From: Erythrobacter sp.
Lineage (GTDB): Bacteria; Pseudomonadota; Alphaproteobacteria; Sphingomonadales; Sphingomonadaceae
Reading direction: 5' to 3'
DNA: 64,000 bases
Assembly (NCBI GenBank): GCA_046296155.1
Contig: JBKBLW010000006.1
Location: 46,230 to 110,229 of the forward strand
A program made the translations under genes and the position numbers. Below, piece by piece: positions 16,481-26,956 of this stretch. How positions within the stretch are numbered: position 1 is the stretch's first letter; every line of letters starts with the position of its first letter. The notes beneath the pieces are model-generated. The model worked only from the letters and a program-made list of their open reading frames with translations. It made no database searches and had not been told where the DNA came from.

Positions 16481-18091
16481 CTAGCGCCCGATGGCGCGGC
16501 GTGCAAGCAATCTTGGCAGAACAAGGCCCAGCGCGATGCAAAGCGCTGCCCAACCAAGGGTGAGCGCATGGCCGAACTCCGCGAACAGGGTCGGCGGCTT
16601 GGCCGCGGGAATGCGGCCATTGAGCGCGCCCGCCGTGCCGCTGGCGATGCTCCCGCGCACCACGCCATCAGCGTCGATCACCGCGCTGATCCCGGTGGTG
16701 GTGGCGCGCAGCACCGGCAGCCCCTCCTCGATCGCCCGCAGCCGCGCCTGTGCGAGATGCTGCGGCGGGCCCCATGTGCCGAACCAGCCATCATTGGATG
16801 GGTTGAAGATATAGTCCGGGCGATCCTTGCGGTCGGCGACATGGCCAGAGAACACGATTTCATAGCAAATCTGGATGCCCGCCCGCCCATGCTTGCCCAG
16901 ATCAAGCGTCTGCGGCCCCGGCCCCGGCACATAGTCGATCGTGCCCGCCACCAACCGCGCCAGCCCCAGCGGTTCCAAGAGCGGTTTCATCGGCAGATAT
17001 TCGCCGTAAGGCACCAGATGCGCCTTGGCATAGTGGTGGGTAATCGCGCCCGCGCCATTGAGCGCCAGCACCGAATTGCGTGCGCTGACCGCGCCCAGCG
17101 TGCCATCTTCCTTCGTGCCGATATCAAGATTGACGACCCCGGTGAGCAGTGTCGACTTCGGCCCGATCACCTTGCCGATCCGCTCGCGCGCATAGGCGGG
17201 ATCGCCACGCACCGTCATCTGGAGGTAATAGCGTTCGGGATAGCCGTCTTCGAGATAGTCGGGTACTGCGCTTTCCGGCCACAGCACAAGGCGCGACTGT
17301 TCGCGGCCTTTCGCGGTGAGGCGGGCGATGCGTTCGAACTGCTCCTCGTATTTGGAGCCATCGTTGATCTCGTCCTGCGGGATCAGCGGCTGGACGAGAG
17401 TATAGCGCCGGGCGGTTTCGTCTGGCGACACAGCGGTTGCAAAGGGAAAGCTCATCACGCTGATGGTAAACAGCATCAGACCCCACACCCACACACTTTT
17501 GCGCGATGAGAGCGCCAAAAACCCTGTCGCCAGAACAAGCGCCAGCCCCGAAAGCGCATAGGTGCCCAGCCATGGCAGCACGATGGCCAGCCCCGGCCTG
17601 TCCCATGTCCCCAGCAGCATCAGCCCCACCGGCGGCCAGGGGTATCCGGTGAACACCCAGCCGCGCAGCCACTCGGTCACGATCCACGCCCCCGCCAGCA
17701 CCAGGCCGAAGGCCCATAAGGGCGCACGGCGCGCCAAGAGGTGCGCGGCGAGCGCGGCAAAAGCGGGATACCACGCGAGATAGACGCACAGCAGCGGCAC
17801 GGCGAACCAGCCCAGGATCGCCGGCATTTCTGCCTGATAGGTAAAGGCAGTCGCGATCCAGTTATTGGCGAGCGTGAGATGCGCCCAGCCGAACAGCCAG
17901 CCCCGTGCAAGCGCTGCGCGCCATGACGGCGCCTCGTGGATCAGCCAGACAAACCCCGCAAGCGCTGCAAGGCCGAGCGGCCACAGGTGCAGCGGCGGAT
18001 AGGCACAGGCACCCATCAGGCCCAGCACCAGCGCGCCAAGCAAAGGCCAGCGCCGCATCAGATCAGGCAGCTTTTGCAGCGGATCACCCAT
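16481..18091 (-). CDS. lnt: Apolipoprotein N-acyltransferase
   Basis: 536 aa. Multi-TM N-terminal half plus a C-terminal CN-hydrolase domain (LVLWPESAVP, ICYEIVF). Confidence 0.9.
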   Translation of the reverse strand: MGDPLQKLPDLMRRWPLLGALVLGLMGACAYPPLHLWPLGLAALAGFVWLIHEAPSWRAALARGWLFGWAHLTLANNWIATAFTYQAEMPAILGWFAVPLLCVYLAWYPAFAALAAHLLARRAPLWAFGLVLAGAWIVTEWLRGWVFTGYPWPPVGLMLLGTWDRPGLAIVLPWLGTYALSGLALVLATGFLALSSRKSVWVWGLMLFTISVMSFPFATAVSPDETARRYTLVQPLIPQDEINDGSKYEEQFERIARLTAKGREQSRLVLWPESAVPDYLEDGYPERYYLQMTVRGDPAYARERIGKVIGPKSTLLTGVVNLDIGTKEDGTLGAVSARNSVLALNGAGAITHHYAKAHLVPYGEYLPMKPLLEPLGLARLVAGTIDYVPGPGPQTLDLGKHGRAGIQICYEIVFSGHVADRKDRPDYIFNPSNDGWFGTWGPPQHLAQARLRAIEEGLPVLRATTTGISAVIDADGVVRGSIASGTAGALNGRIPAAKPPTLFAEFGHALTLGWAALCIALGLVLPRLLARRAIGR

Positions 18092-18129
18092 TGCGCCCTG
18101 CCATGATGAAACAATGTCAGGCGGCGCGC

Positions 18130-18819
18130 TTAACCGACCGCTTCGAGATTGCCGTCGCTGTCGCCCGCTTCGTCAGCCCGGATCGACGGGGGCAGGATCG
18201 ACTGGTCGATGCCGGCAGGCCCATCGTCGCTGCTTTCCGTGCGGCGCGGCTTGCGGCGCGGCTTGTCCCCACGCTCGGAGCGTTTCTCTCCGCTCTCCTC
18301 GCGCGGCTTGCGCTGACGGCTGCGGCGGGCCGAGGCGCGCTCGGCCGCAGCATCGGCCGCCGCCGCTGCATCTTCAGCCGGATCGCCAAGGAAAGCCTCG
18401 CCTTCGGAGGCGAATTCCCCCTCGACCGCGAACTCGCCTTCATCGCCGACCACCACCGGCTCATCATCAGCGCGCGGGCGGGCGCCGCGTTCGGAACCGC
18501 GCGGCCGGTCACCATCGAAATCATCCTCGCTCTCATCCGCTTGCGCCTCGCGCTCTTCGTAGCGGCGGCCGCGCGCCTCTTCCTGGCGAGCCTTGTTATC
18601 GGCGATCACGCGGAAATAATGATCGGCAAACTGGAGATAATACTCCATCTGCACGCGGTCGCCATTGTGCTGGGCGTCCTGCGCGAGCTTCTTGTACTTG
18701 TCGAGCAATTGCGGGGCATTGCCGCGCGCCCGACTGTCAATCCGGTTAACCTGATTGCCATTGCCAGCCTGATTGCGATTGCCACGACCACGGCGGCGAT
18801 TATTGCGGTTGTTATTCAA
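18130..18819 (-). CDS. DUF4167 domain-containing protein (Arg/Asn-rich N-terminus, acidic/basic tail)
   Basis: MNNNRNNRRRGRGNRNQ...ARGNAPQLLDKYKKLAQDAQHNGDRVQMEYYLQFADHYFRV is the conserved DUF4167 core found in alphaproteobacteria. Confidence 0.8.
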   Translation of the reverse strand: MNNNRNNRRRGRGNRNQAGNGNQVNRIDSRARGNAPQLLDKYKKLAQDAQHNGDRVQMEYYLQFADHYFRVIADNKARQEEARGRRYEEREAQADESEDDFDGDRPRGSERGARPRADDEPVVVGDEGEFAVEGEFASEGEAFLGDPAEDAAAAADAAAERASARRSRQRKPREESGEKRSERGDKPRRKPRRTESSDDGPAGIDQSILPPSIRADEAGDSDGNLEAVG

Positions 18820-19075
18820 GGAAGCGGTTCCTCATCAGCGACCGGTGATGCGAAAAATGGCACTTGCGGTCCACAGACCCCTTGTTTTTGCGCGGTGCCA
18901 CACTTCCTGGCGGCAGGCCGGCGCACTCCGCGCCGCCGTGGCCAAGGGCTTTGCGCGCTTGGCCGATCAGCTAAGTTTTGGAGCTTGGTTCAGCGATTTG
19001 CGCCCTTCGCAAGTCGTCTGGCCTGATTCGGGGTTAGCCGCGCGCAGACCATTTGCCAAGCCCCCCCGCTCAAAA

Positions 19076-19903
19076 TCATGCCCGCAAGATCAGCGCCCGG
19101 GCTCTGCCAGCCAGATCGCGGCGCAGCGTGCCTTGAAAGCCCGCAGCCTCGGCCAGCGCTGTAACAGATGCTGCCTGATCCGCCCCGATTTCGAGAATGG
19201 CGCTCGCCTGCGGCGTCATCAAAGCGGGCAGCTGCGGGATCAGCACGCGGTAATCATCAAGCCCTTCGGGCCCGGCAAACAGCGCACTGGCAGGCTCATA
19301 ATCGCGCACCTGGGGATCAAGCGCAGCAGTTTCCTCGACATAGGGCGGGTTGCACAGGATCAGGTCAAAGACGCCGAGGCCCTCGGCCCAGCCCGCATCG
19401 TGCCAGCTGCGATTGAACCATGCGCTGCGCCCTGCCAGCCCCAAATCTGCCGCATTGCCCTCGGCCACCGCGAGCGCCTCGGGCGAGGCATCAAGCCCCA
19501 CGCCCTGCCACCGTGCCCGCTTCGCCAGCACCGCCAGCAGCAGCGCGCCCGATCCGGTGCCAAGATCAAGCACGCGGCCGTGCTCGCCCGCCCGTTCGAG
19601 CGCCGCCTCGATCAGTGTCTCGCTGTCGCTGCGCGGGATCAGGGTGGCAGGCGTGACGCGGAGTGTGAGGCCGTAGAACTCGGTCGTGCCGGTGATATAG
19701 GCGATGGGTTCATGCGCGGCGCGGCGCGCCACGAAGGCGGCAAACCGCACCGGTGCAGGCTCGCGCATCGCTTTGAGAAGCATCTGCGAACGGCTCATGC
19801 CGAGCGCGTGCGCCATCAGCAATTCGGCATCCAGCCGCGCGGTGTCGCTGACGGGTGCGAGGTGTTCGGCAGCGGCGCGGATCGCCTCGCCGACGGTGCT
19901 CAT
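19076..19903 (-). CDS. prmC: Release factor glutamine N5-methyltransferase
   Basis: SAM-binding motif [11 protein letters not shown] and catalytic NPPY ([11 protein letters not shown]). It overlaps the prfA stop by 4 nt. Confidence 0.9.
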   Translation of the reverse strand: MSTVGEAIRAAAEHLAPVSDTARLDAELLMAHALGMSRSQMLLKAMREPAPVRFAAFVARRAAHEPIAYITGTTEFYGLTLRVTPATLIPRSDSETLIEAALERAGEHGRVLDLGTGSGALLLAVLAKRARWQGVGLDASPEALAVAEGNAADLGLAGRSAWFNRSWHDAGWAEGLGVFDLILCNPPYVEETAALDPQVRDYEPASALFAGPEGLDDYRVLIPQLPALMTPQASAILEIGADQAASVTALAEAAGFQGTLRRDLAGRARALILRA

Positions 19904-20973
19904 TGCGAAAGCGCCGCCAGCCGCTTGGCCTCATCCTCGGCGATGAGCGCATCGAGCAACTCGCCCAGCCCCGGCCCGGCGAGCACTTCCTCCAGCTTGT
20001 GGAGGGTCAGCCCGATGCGATGATCGGTGACCCGGCCTTGGGGGAAATTATAAGTGCGGATGCGTTCGGAGCGATCACCGCTGCCCACCATCGCCTTGCG
20101 CGCTTCGGCCTCGGCGCCCTGCGCTGCATCGCGCTCGGCCTCGTAGAGCCGTGCGCGCAGCACCTGCATCGCCTTTTCCTTGTTCTTGTGCTGGCTGCGC
20201 GCGTCCTGACAGGTGACGACAGTGCCGGTCGGCAGGTGGGTGATCCGCACCGCCGAATCCGTCGTGTTGACGTGCTGGCCGCCTGCGCCGCTCGCGCGGT
20301 AGACATCGATCTTGAGATCTTTATCCTCGATCTGAATGTCGACCTCGTCGGGTTCGGGCAGCACCGCGACAGTCGCCGCCGAAGTGTGGATGCGACCGCC
20401 GCTTTCCGTCACCGGCACCCGCTGGACGCGGTGGACGCCGCTTTCGAACTTGAGTTTGGCAAAGACGCCGGTGCCGGTAATGTGGGCGACCACTTCCTTG
20501 TAACCACCAATATCCGACGCATGGACGCTGATCGGCTCGATCCGCCAGCCCTGCTCTGCGGCATAGCGTTCATACATGCGATAGAGATCAGCCGCGAAGA
20601 GCGCGGCCTCATCGCCGCCGGTGCCCGCGCGGATTTCGAGCATGGCGGGCCTGGCATCGGCGCTGTCGCGCGGCAGCAGCGCGATGGCGAGACGCCGTTC
20701 GAGATCGGGGAGCCTTGCCTTGAGGGCGCTGAGTTCTTCCTCCGCCATCGCCTTCATTTCGGGATCGGCGAGTATTTCGGTGAGCCCCGCCATTTCCTCC
20801 CGCGCGGCTTTCACTTCCGCGGCGATCTTGGCGATGGGTTCAAGCTCGGCATAGTCGCGCGAGGCGCGCACGAAGGCCTCGCCCTCCAGCGTTCCGCTCG
20901 CCATGCGCGCTTCCAGCTCCGCAAAGCGGTGCGCGATCTGGTCAAGGCGTTCAGGGGGGATTTGCATTTCCAA
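19900..20973 (-). CDS. prfA: Peptide chain release factor 1
   Basis: 357 aa. RF1 tripeptide region [17 protein letters not shown] and the GGQ motif [16 protein letters not shown]. Confidence 0.96.
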   Translation of the reverse strand: MEMQIPPERLDQIAHRFAELEARMASGTLEGEAFVRASRDYAELEPIAKIAAEVKAAREEMAGLTEILADPEMKAMAEEELSALKARLPDLERRLAIALLPRDSADARPAMLEIRAGTGGDEAALFAADLYRMYERYAAEQGWRIEPISVHASDIGGYKEVVAHITGTGVFAKLKFESGVHRVQRVPVTESGGRIHTSAATVAVLPEPDEVDIQIEDKDLKIDVYRASGAGGQHVNTTDSAVRITHLPTGTVVTCQDARSQHKNKEKAMQVLRARLYEAERDAAQGAEAEARKAMVGSGDRSERIRTYNFPQGRVTDHRIGLTLHKLEEVLAGPGLGELLDALIAEDEAKRLAALSQ

Positions 20974-20983
20974 GCTCTCTTAC

Positions 20984-21098
20984 GCGTCATGCTGAACTCG
21001 TGTCAGCATCCATTCTTCTGGTTCGAGCCGCGGTGCGGGCGGCGCGATGGACCCGGGAAGCGCAGCTGTCCAAAGGACAACCGAGTTCAGGGTGACGA
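20984..21098. repeat. MITE/REP-like element with about 15-bp terminal inverted repeats
   Basis: GTCATGCTGAACTCG (20986-21000) compared with the reverse complement of CGAGTTCAGGGTGAC (21082-21096): 13/15 match. Internal hairpin ATGCTGA-actcgtg-TCAGCAT. It fills the entire prfA-hisS spacer. It resembles the ..GTCA(C/T)(C/G)CTGAAC.. palindromic repeats common in alphaproteobacterial intergenic regions. Confidence 0.5.
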
Positions 21099-21103
21099 GG
21101 GGC

Positions 21104-22339
21104 CTAACGATAGGCGCCGAGCACACCAAGAACGTCGGCATCGAGGTTGTCGGTGGTTATGCCATGTCCCAACTCAGACCGCAGCGACAGGATAACCTCG
21201 GCCCCGCGCTTCACCGCCTTATCATAGCGCTTGCGCGGCGATCCTGAGGCGATCAGCTCGGCGGTGAAGCCGCGCTTGCGGACATTGCCAATCAGGCCGA
21301 TCGCCTCTGCAACCCGCGTGTCGTCTTCGACCACGATGATGAGGTCGGCAGGCTCCTGCGCCCTTTCCCCCACCAGCATCGCCAGCCGCTCGATACCCGC
21401 CGCCCAGCCGACCGCAGGCGTCGGCGCGCCGCCGAGCGACTCCATCAGCCCGTCATAGCGCCCGCCGCCCAGCACCGTGCTCTGGCTCCCCAAGGCCGCC
21501 GCCGAGGCGCTGCCAGCATCGGGGATGAATTCAAACGCCGTGTGGCGATAATAGTCGAGCCCGCGCACGAGGCTTTCGGCCCGCACCCAGTTCACGCCCG
21601 CTGCATCCAGCCCGCTGGTGACGGCGGCGAAGAAGGCGCTCGCCTCCTCCGACAGGAACTGGTCAATCTTCGGCGCAGCGGCGAGGAACGGCTTGTCGCG
21701 CGGGTCTTTGCTATCGAGAATCCGCAGCGGGTTCTTCTCCAGCCGCTCCTGCGATTCCTCGGAGAGGTCGCCCTTCACTGCCCGGAAGTAATCCACCAGA
21801 GCCGCCCGCCACGCCTCGCGGCTCGCCGCATCGCCCAAAGTGTTGAGGTGGAGCGTCACATCCTGAATGCCCAACGCCTTCAACAGCTGATCCGCCATCG
21901 CCAGCAGTTCGACATCGGCCTGCGGCTCGGCAGCGCCGATCACTTCGGCATCGATCTGGTGGAACTGGCGGTAGCGGCCCTTTTGCGGGCGTTCGTAACG
22001 GAACAGCGGCCCGTGGGTGGCCACTTTCAAGGGCACATATTGCTGCCAGCCGTTCGTCAGAAACGCGCGCGCGATGCCGGCCGTGAATTCGGGGCGCAGG
22101 GTGAGCGAATCCCCGCCGCGATCCTCGAAGGAATACATCTCCTTCGAGACCACATCGGTCGTCTCGCCAAGGCTCCTGGCAAACACCTCGGTCTTTTCGA
22201 ACACCGGCATTTCCACCCGGCGAAACCGGTAAAGCCGCCGCACCCGTTCAAAGGTCTCGACCACGAAGGCGAAAGCCTCGGCATCAGCGCCAAAGATGTC
22301 CTGGGTGCCACGGATGGCTTGCGGGGTGTTCTTGCTCAT
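21104..22339 (-). CDS. hisS: Histidine--tRNA ligase
   Basis: [10 protein letters not shown], class II motifs [11 protein letters not shown].., [35 protein letters not shown], and GGGRYDGL. Confidence 0.93.
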   Translation of the reverse strand: MSKNTPQAIRGTQDIFGADAEAFAFVVETFERVRRLYRFRRVEMPVFEKTEVFARSLGETTDVVSKEMYSFEDRGGDSLTLRPEFTAGIARAFLTNGWQQYVPLKVATHGPLFRYERPQKGRYRQFHQIDAEVIGAAEPQADVELLAMADQLLKALGIQDVTLHLNTLGDAASREAWRAALVDYFRAVKGDLSEESQERLEKNPLRILDSKDPRDKPFLAAAPKIDQFLSEEASAFFAAVTSGLDAAGVNWVRAESLVRGLDYYRHTAFEFIPDAGSASAAALGSQSTVLGGGRYDGLMESLGGAPTPAVGWAAGIERLAMLVGERAQEPADLIIVVEDDTRVAEAIGLIGNVRKRGFTAELIASGSPRKRYDKAVKRGAEVILSLRSELGHGITTDNLDADVLGVLGAYR

Positions 22340-22475
22340 GGGCAGCGCGATTAAGGCTACGCAGCCCCTTTCGCAATCCTGCGAGAGGCATTAAGGGCAC
22401 TGCCCGAGCCTCTTTCCTCTCGGCCTGGCAGCCCTTTGTGCTGCGCCTCCGGCCTCAGCCAAGAACGAGAAACCG

Positions 22476-23060
22476 ATGCGTATCGATCTGATCCCGACCG
22501 GCGTGAACCCGCCAGAAGATGTCAATGTCATCATCGAAGTGCCCTTGGGCGGCGAGCCGGTGAAATATGAATTCGACAAGGAATCCGGGGCGCTGTTCGT
22601 CGATCGCATCCTCCACACCCCGATGCGTTACCCCTGCAACTATGGCTTCATCCCGCACACGCTGGCAGAGGATGGCGATCCGATGGATGCGCTGATCGTC
22701 GGGCGTTCGCCGCTGTTGCCGGGCTCGGTCGTGCGGGTGCGCCCGGTCGGCGTGCTGATGATGGAAGATGACGGCGGCGGCGATGCCAAGCTCCTGTGCG
22801 TCACCGTGAACAAGGTTTACCCCTACTACAAGGATGTCACCGAATACGGCGACCTGCCCAGGATCCTGCTCGACCAGATCGAGCATTTCTTCACCCATTA
22901 CAAGGACCTGGAGCCGGGCAAGTGGGTCAAGTGCCAAGGCTGGGAAGGCAAGGCCACCGCTGAACGCCTGCTGATCGAATCGATCGATCGTTACAAGGCG
23001 GAAGCGGCAGGCGCGCTCGCAATTGAACACAAGGAGCACCCTGGCGCACCGCGCGGTTAA
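22476..23060 (+). CDS. ppa: Inorganic pyrophosphatase
   Basis: NVIIEVPLGGEPVKYEFDKESGALFVDR, YPCNYGFIPHTLAEDGDPMDALI. Confidence 0.95.
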   Translation: MRIDLIPTGVNPPEDVNVIIEVPLGGEPVKYEFDKESGALFVDRILHTPMRYPCNYGFIPHTLAEDGDPMDALIVGRSPLLPGSVVRVRPVGVLMMEDDGGGDAKLLCVTVNKVYPYYKDVTEYGDLPRILLDQIEHFFTHYKDLEPGKWVKCQGWEGKATAERLLIESIDRYKAEAAGALAIEHKEHPGAPRG

Positions 23061-23100
23061 TCACCTTTGCAAAGGACGGGGGCGCATTCCCCCGCCAACC

Positions 23101-23484
23101 TCAAAAAGCGCCGAGCAGCGCCTTGAAGATGACCGTCAGCACCAGCGGCAATCCGACCGCCAGCGCCCACAGCACCATGATGTCGCGACGAAATGCAGCG
23201 GCATAAGTGGCATTGGCGGCCTCGGCATCATCAAGCCCGCTCCAGCGCGCTTCGAAGCGGCGCAGCACCGGGATGATCCCGCCCACCAGCACAATCAGCG
23301 CCATGTAGGGCAGCACACCGGAAGCCCCCTCCGTCAGCGCGTGGACGGTGAAGAAGATCTGCAAGGCGGTGTAGACCAGCAGCGCATAGGCGACATGATC
23401 GCTGATCGCGCGCCGCCAGTCGAGCGGCTTGGCGCCTTTCGCAGATGCCGCAATATTGCTCTTTGCCATCTCACCGCTCCCCAA
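23101..23484 (-). CDS. Small membrane protein, unknown function
   Basis: 127 aa with three hydrophobic helices (AYALLVYTALQIFF, VLPYMALIVLVGGIIPVL, VLWALAVGLPLVLTVIF) and GC3-rich codon usage. No recognisable family. Confidence 0.55.
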   Translation of the reverse strand: MGSGEMAKSNIAASAKGAKPLDWRRAISDHVAYALLVYTALQIFFTVHALTEGASGVLPYMALIVLVGGIIPVLRRFEARWSGLDDAEAANATYAAAFRRDIMVLWALAVGLPLVLTVIFKALLGAF

Positions 23485-23747
23485 CGGTTAGTGTCTGCGC
23501 TGCCCTCGGAGTATCGCAAACAAGCAGCCATGTTGCAATATCGCTAACCAAATTGCACAATTGTTGCACGCCGAGCAACTGAGGCGCCGCAAGCTGCCGA
23601 AATGATTGTGTTTTGGCGAGCGCCGCGTGGAAGCGGCACGGCTGGGGATGGCATCAAGCAGCTGCCAGCAAAAATCCTGCCAAACGCTGAATTTATCCGC
23701 GCAAGAGGTCTTTCCCAGACTCGCAAGCCTGCTAATGAGGCGTGAGC

Positions 23748-24527
23748 ATGGATGAAATCACTTCCCTCGAAGCCCCGGCTACGGCCGCCGGGCCAGCGCC
23801 ATCCGGCAGCGGGCTGGAAGTGATCTCGATCGCCAAAAGCTATGACAAGCGCAGTGTGCTGACCGACATCTCGCTGACTGTTGCCAAAGGCGAGGTGCTT
23901 GGCCTGCTGGGCCCCAACGGGGCGGGCAAGACCACCTGCTTCTATTCGATCATGGGGCTGGTGAAGCCCGATTCGGGCCGCATCCTGATGGACGGCATCG
24001 ATGTGACCAAACTGCCGATGTATCGCCGCGCGGTGCTGGGGCTGGGGTATCTCCCGCAGGAGACCAGCATTTTTCGCGGCATGACTGTCGAACAGAACAT
24101 TGCATGCGTGCTTGAACTGGTCGAACCCGACAAGGAAACCCGCGCGGGCGAACTGGAACGGCTGCTTGATGAATTCGGCCTCACCCGGCTGCGCGCCTCG
24201 CCCGCGATGGCGCTGTCGGGCGGCGAGCGGCGGCGCTGCGAGATTGCCCGCGCGCTCGCGGCCAAGCCCTCGATCATGCTGCTGGACGAACCCTTTGCCG
24301 GGATCGACCCGCTCTCGATCAGCGATATCCGCGATCTGGTGAAAGATCTCAAGGGCCGCGGCATTGGCGTGCTGATCACCGATCACAACGTGCGCGAGAC
24401 GCTCGACATCGTTGACCGCGCCTGCATCATCTATGGCGGGCAGGTGCTGTTTGCAGGCAGCCCGCAGGAACTGGTCGCGGATGAAAACGTGCGGCGGCTC
24501 TACCTGGGCGAAAGCTTCACGCTCTAG
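23748..24527 (+). CDS. lptB: LPS export ABC transporter ATP-binding protein
   Basis: GLLGPNGAGKTT, LSGGERRRCEIARAL, LLDEPFAGIDP, located directly upstream of rpoN. The ATG at 23748 is preferred because an SD GAGG lies 8 nt upstream. A GTG at 23742 is an alternative. Confidence 0.9.
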   Translation: MDEITSLEAPATAAGPAPSGSGLEVISIAKSYDKRSVLTDISLTVAKGEVLGLLGPNGAGKTTCFYSIMGLVKPDSGRILMDGIDVTKLPMYRRAVLGLGYLPQETSIFRGMTVEQNIACVLELVEPDKETRAGELERLLDEFGLTRLRASPAMALSGGERRRCEIARALAAKPSIMLLDEPFAGIDPLSISDIRDLVKDLKGRGIGVLITDHNVRETLDIVDRACIIYGGQVLFAGSPQELVADENVRRLYLGESFTL

Positions 24528-24538
24528 CGGGCACAGGC

Positions 24539-26053
24539 ATGGCGCTCGGTCCCCGCCTTGATCTTCGCCAATCGCAATCGCTGGTGATGACACCGCAGTT
24601 GCAGCAGGCGATCAGGCTGCTGGCGGCGTCCAATCTCGAAATCGAAACCTTCATATCCGAAGCCTTGGAGGCCAACCCGCTGCTGGAGGCAGGCGATGTG
24701 CGGCAGGTGGCAGCCGCGCCCGCGGGTGAGGCGCCCGAACTCCCCCCCGAAGCCCCCACGGCTGATGAGCTGATGATGCGCGGGCGCGGCGAGGCCGATG
24801 CGCCGCTCGACCTGGGTGGAGCAGCGCTCGACCGCGATGTCGATACCGGCGACGGGGCGCGCTCGCTCCGGGATGCGGAGTGGGGCGCGCACAGCGGCGG
24901 CACCGGCGGGGAGGAGGATTTCGGCGAGTTCTCCGAGCGGCAGGCGGCCGAATTGACCTTGCGCGAACATCTCGAAGCGCAGGTCGGCGCCCTCGCGCAC
25001 AGCCGGGAGGAGGATTTCGTCGCCCGCCATATCATCGGCCTGCTCGATGATGCAGGCTACCTGCCCTTTGCACTGGATGAAATCGCCGCTGATCTCGGCA
25101 TTGAGCTATCCGCCGCCAAGGCCGCCTTGCAGCTTGTCCAGTCGCTCGATCCGACCGGTGTCGGCGCGCGCGACCTTGCCGAATGCATCGCGCTGCAGGC
25201 GCGCGAGGCGGACCGCTATGATCCCTGCATGGCGACGCTGATTGCCAATCTTGATCTTGTCGCGCGCGGCGAGGTCGAGCGCTTGAAACGCCTGTGCCGG
25301 GTGGATGATGAAGATTTCGCCGACATGCTGCGCGAGCTGCGCGGCTATAACCCCAAGCCCGGCCTTGCCTTTGCCCCTGCCGCTGTCAGCGCGGTGGTGC
25401 CGGATATTCTCGTCACCGATAATGGCAAGGGCGGCTGGGACATCGCGCTCAACGAGGAGACCCTGCCGCGCCTTGTCGTCAACCGCCGCTATGCCACCGA
25501 AATCGCGGGCAGCGGCGCGGGCGATCCGGCGGCCAATGCCTGGCTCAAGGAGAAGCTGGCGGACGCGCACTGGCTGATCCGTGCGCTCGATCAACGCCAG
25601 CGCACCATCCTCAAGACGGCCGCCGAGATCGTGCGCCAGCAGGACGGCTTCTTCCGGCGCGGCGTCTCCGACCTGCGCCCGCTCACCTTGCGCGAGGTGG
25701 CCGACAAGGTCGATCTGCACGAAAGCACCATCAGCCGGGTCACCAGCAACAAGTATCTCGCCTGCGCGCGCGGGACGTTCGAGCTCAAGTTCTTCTTCAC
25801 CAGCGGGGTTGCCCGCACCGGCGAAGGCGCCGAGGGCGAAGGCGCCTCGAGCGCGGCGATCAAGGCGCGGATCAAGGCGCTGATCGATGCCGAAGATGCC
25901 AAACACATCCTCTCCGACCAGGCGCTTGCCGAAATGCTCCAGAAGGAAGGCTTCGATCTCGCGCGGCGCACAGTGGCCAAATATCGTGAGGCAATCGGCC
26001 TGGGATCGAGCGCGGAACGCCGCCGCGCCAAGAAACTGGCGGGGCTGAGATAG
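24539..26053 (+). CDS. rpoN: RNA polymerase sigma-54 factor
   Basis: N-terminal region I LDLRQSQSLVMTPQLQQAIRLL, a C-terminal HTH, and the RpoN box ARRTVAKYR. Confidence 0.95.
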   Translation: MALGPRLDLRQSQSLVMTPQLQQAIRLLAASNLEIETFISEALEANPLLEAGDVRQVAAAPAGEAPELPPEAPTADELMMRGRGEADAPLDLGGAALDRDVDTGDGARSLRDAEWGAHSGGTGGEEDFGEFSERQAAELTLREHLEAQVGALAHSREEDFVARHIIGLLDDAGYLPFALDEIAADLGIELSAAKAALQLVQSLDPTGVGARDLAECIALQAREADRYDPCMATLIANLDLVARGEVERLKRLCRVDDEDFADMLRELRGYNPKPGLAFAPAAVSAVVPDILVTDNGKGGWDIALNEETLPRLVVNRRYATEIAGSGAGDPAANAWLKEKLADAHWLIRALDQRQRTILKTAAEIVRQQDGFFRRGVSDLRPLTLREVADKVDLHESTISRVTSNKYLACARGTFELKFFFTSGVARTGEGAEGEGASSAAIKARIKALIDAEDAKHILSDQALAEMLQKEGFDLARRTVAKYREAIGLGSSAERRRAKKLAGLR

Positions 26054-26134
26054 GGGCAGACCCGCAGGTGCCTTAACCGCCAGCACCTGGCAAATTCACA
26101 CTTTGCCCCCCTCCCGCTGGGGTGTGGCGCCGAA

Positions 26135-26176
26135 GACTCACTCAAAAAGTGTTAACACCTTAAACCTCTTGTTAAC
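26135..26176. promoter_or_regulatory. GANTC site plus TTAA/GTTAAC cluster upstream of ctrA (possible CcrM/CtrA autoregulatory region)
   Basis: GACTC at 26135-26139. TTAA at 26152, 26160 and 26172, including two GTTAAC sites. The spacings are 4 and 8 nt, not the canonical TTAA-N7-TTAAC. Confidence 0.3.
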
Positions 26177-26260
26177 CTTTTTTGGTGACACATGGCGTGG
26201 TTAATTCACGGCAACCTCTCCTAAGCAGGGGTTACCAAGGGGCAAGATAGGGGGACAGCC

Positions 26261-26956
26261 ATGCGCGTTCTGTTGATCGAAGACGAACCGACCACCGCCA
26301 AGGCGATCGAGCTGATGCTCACGACCGAGGGCTTCAACGTCTATTCGACGGATCTGGGGGAGGAAGGCCTCGATCTGGGCAAGCTCTATGATTACGACAT
26401 CATCCTGCTCGATCTGAACCTGCCTGACATGCACGGCTATGATGTGCTCAAGAAGCTGCGCGTCGCCAAGGTGCAGACCCCGGTGCTGGTGCTGTCGGGG
26501 GTTTCGGAGATGGATTCGAAAATCCGCAGCTTTGGCTTTGGCGCGGATGATTATGTGACCAAGCCCTTCCATCGCGAAGAACTGGTCGCCCGCATTCACG
26601 CCGTGGTGCGCCGTTCCAAGGGGCACAGCCAATCGGTGATCCGCACCGGCAAGCTGGCGGTGAACCTTGATGCCAAGACAGTCGAAGTCGATGGCGCGCG
26701 CGTGCATCTCACCGGCAAGGAATATGCGATGCTCGAACTGCTGAGCCTTCGCAAGGGCACCACGCTCACCAAGGAAATGTTCCTCAACCACCTTTATGGC
26801 GGGATGGACGAGCCGGAACTCAAGATCATCGACGTGTTCATCTGCAAGCTGCGCAAGAAGCTGGCGCTGGCCTGCGGGGGCGAGAACTACATCGAAACCG
26901 TGTGGGGCCGCGGCTATGTGCTGCGCGATGAGGGCGAGGCAGCCGAAGCGGCTTAA
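26261..26956 (+). CDS. ctrA: Cell-cycle response regulator CtrA (OmpR family)
   Basis: [67 protein letters not shown]... and ..[51 protein letters not shown]. By my recollection this is near-identical to CtrA orthologues. Confidence 0.93.
   Translation: MRVLLIEDEPTTAKAIELMLTTEGFNVYSTDLGEEGLDLGKLYDYDIILLDLNLPDMHGYDVLKKLRVAKVQTPVLVLSGVSEMDSKIRSFGFGADDYVTKPFHREELVARIHAVVRRSKGHSQSVIRTGKLAVNLDAKTVEVDGARVHLTGKEYAMLELLSLRKGTTLTKEMFLNHLYGGMDEPELKIIDVFICKLRKKLALACGGENYIETVWGRGYVLRDEGEAAEAA

Noticed and set aside
26151-26176. A canonical CtrA box (TTAA-N7-TTAAC) upstream of ctrA.
   Set aside because: The TTAA motifs are spaced by 4 and 8 nt on either strand, and none is N7. I report it only as a TTAA cluster, not as a consensus CtrA site.
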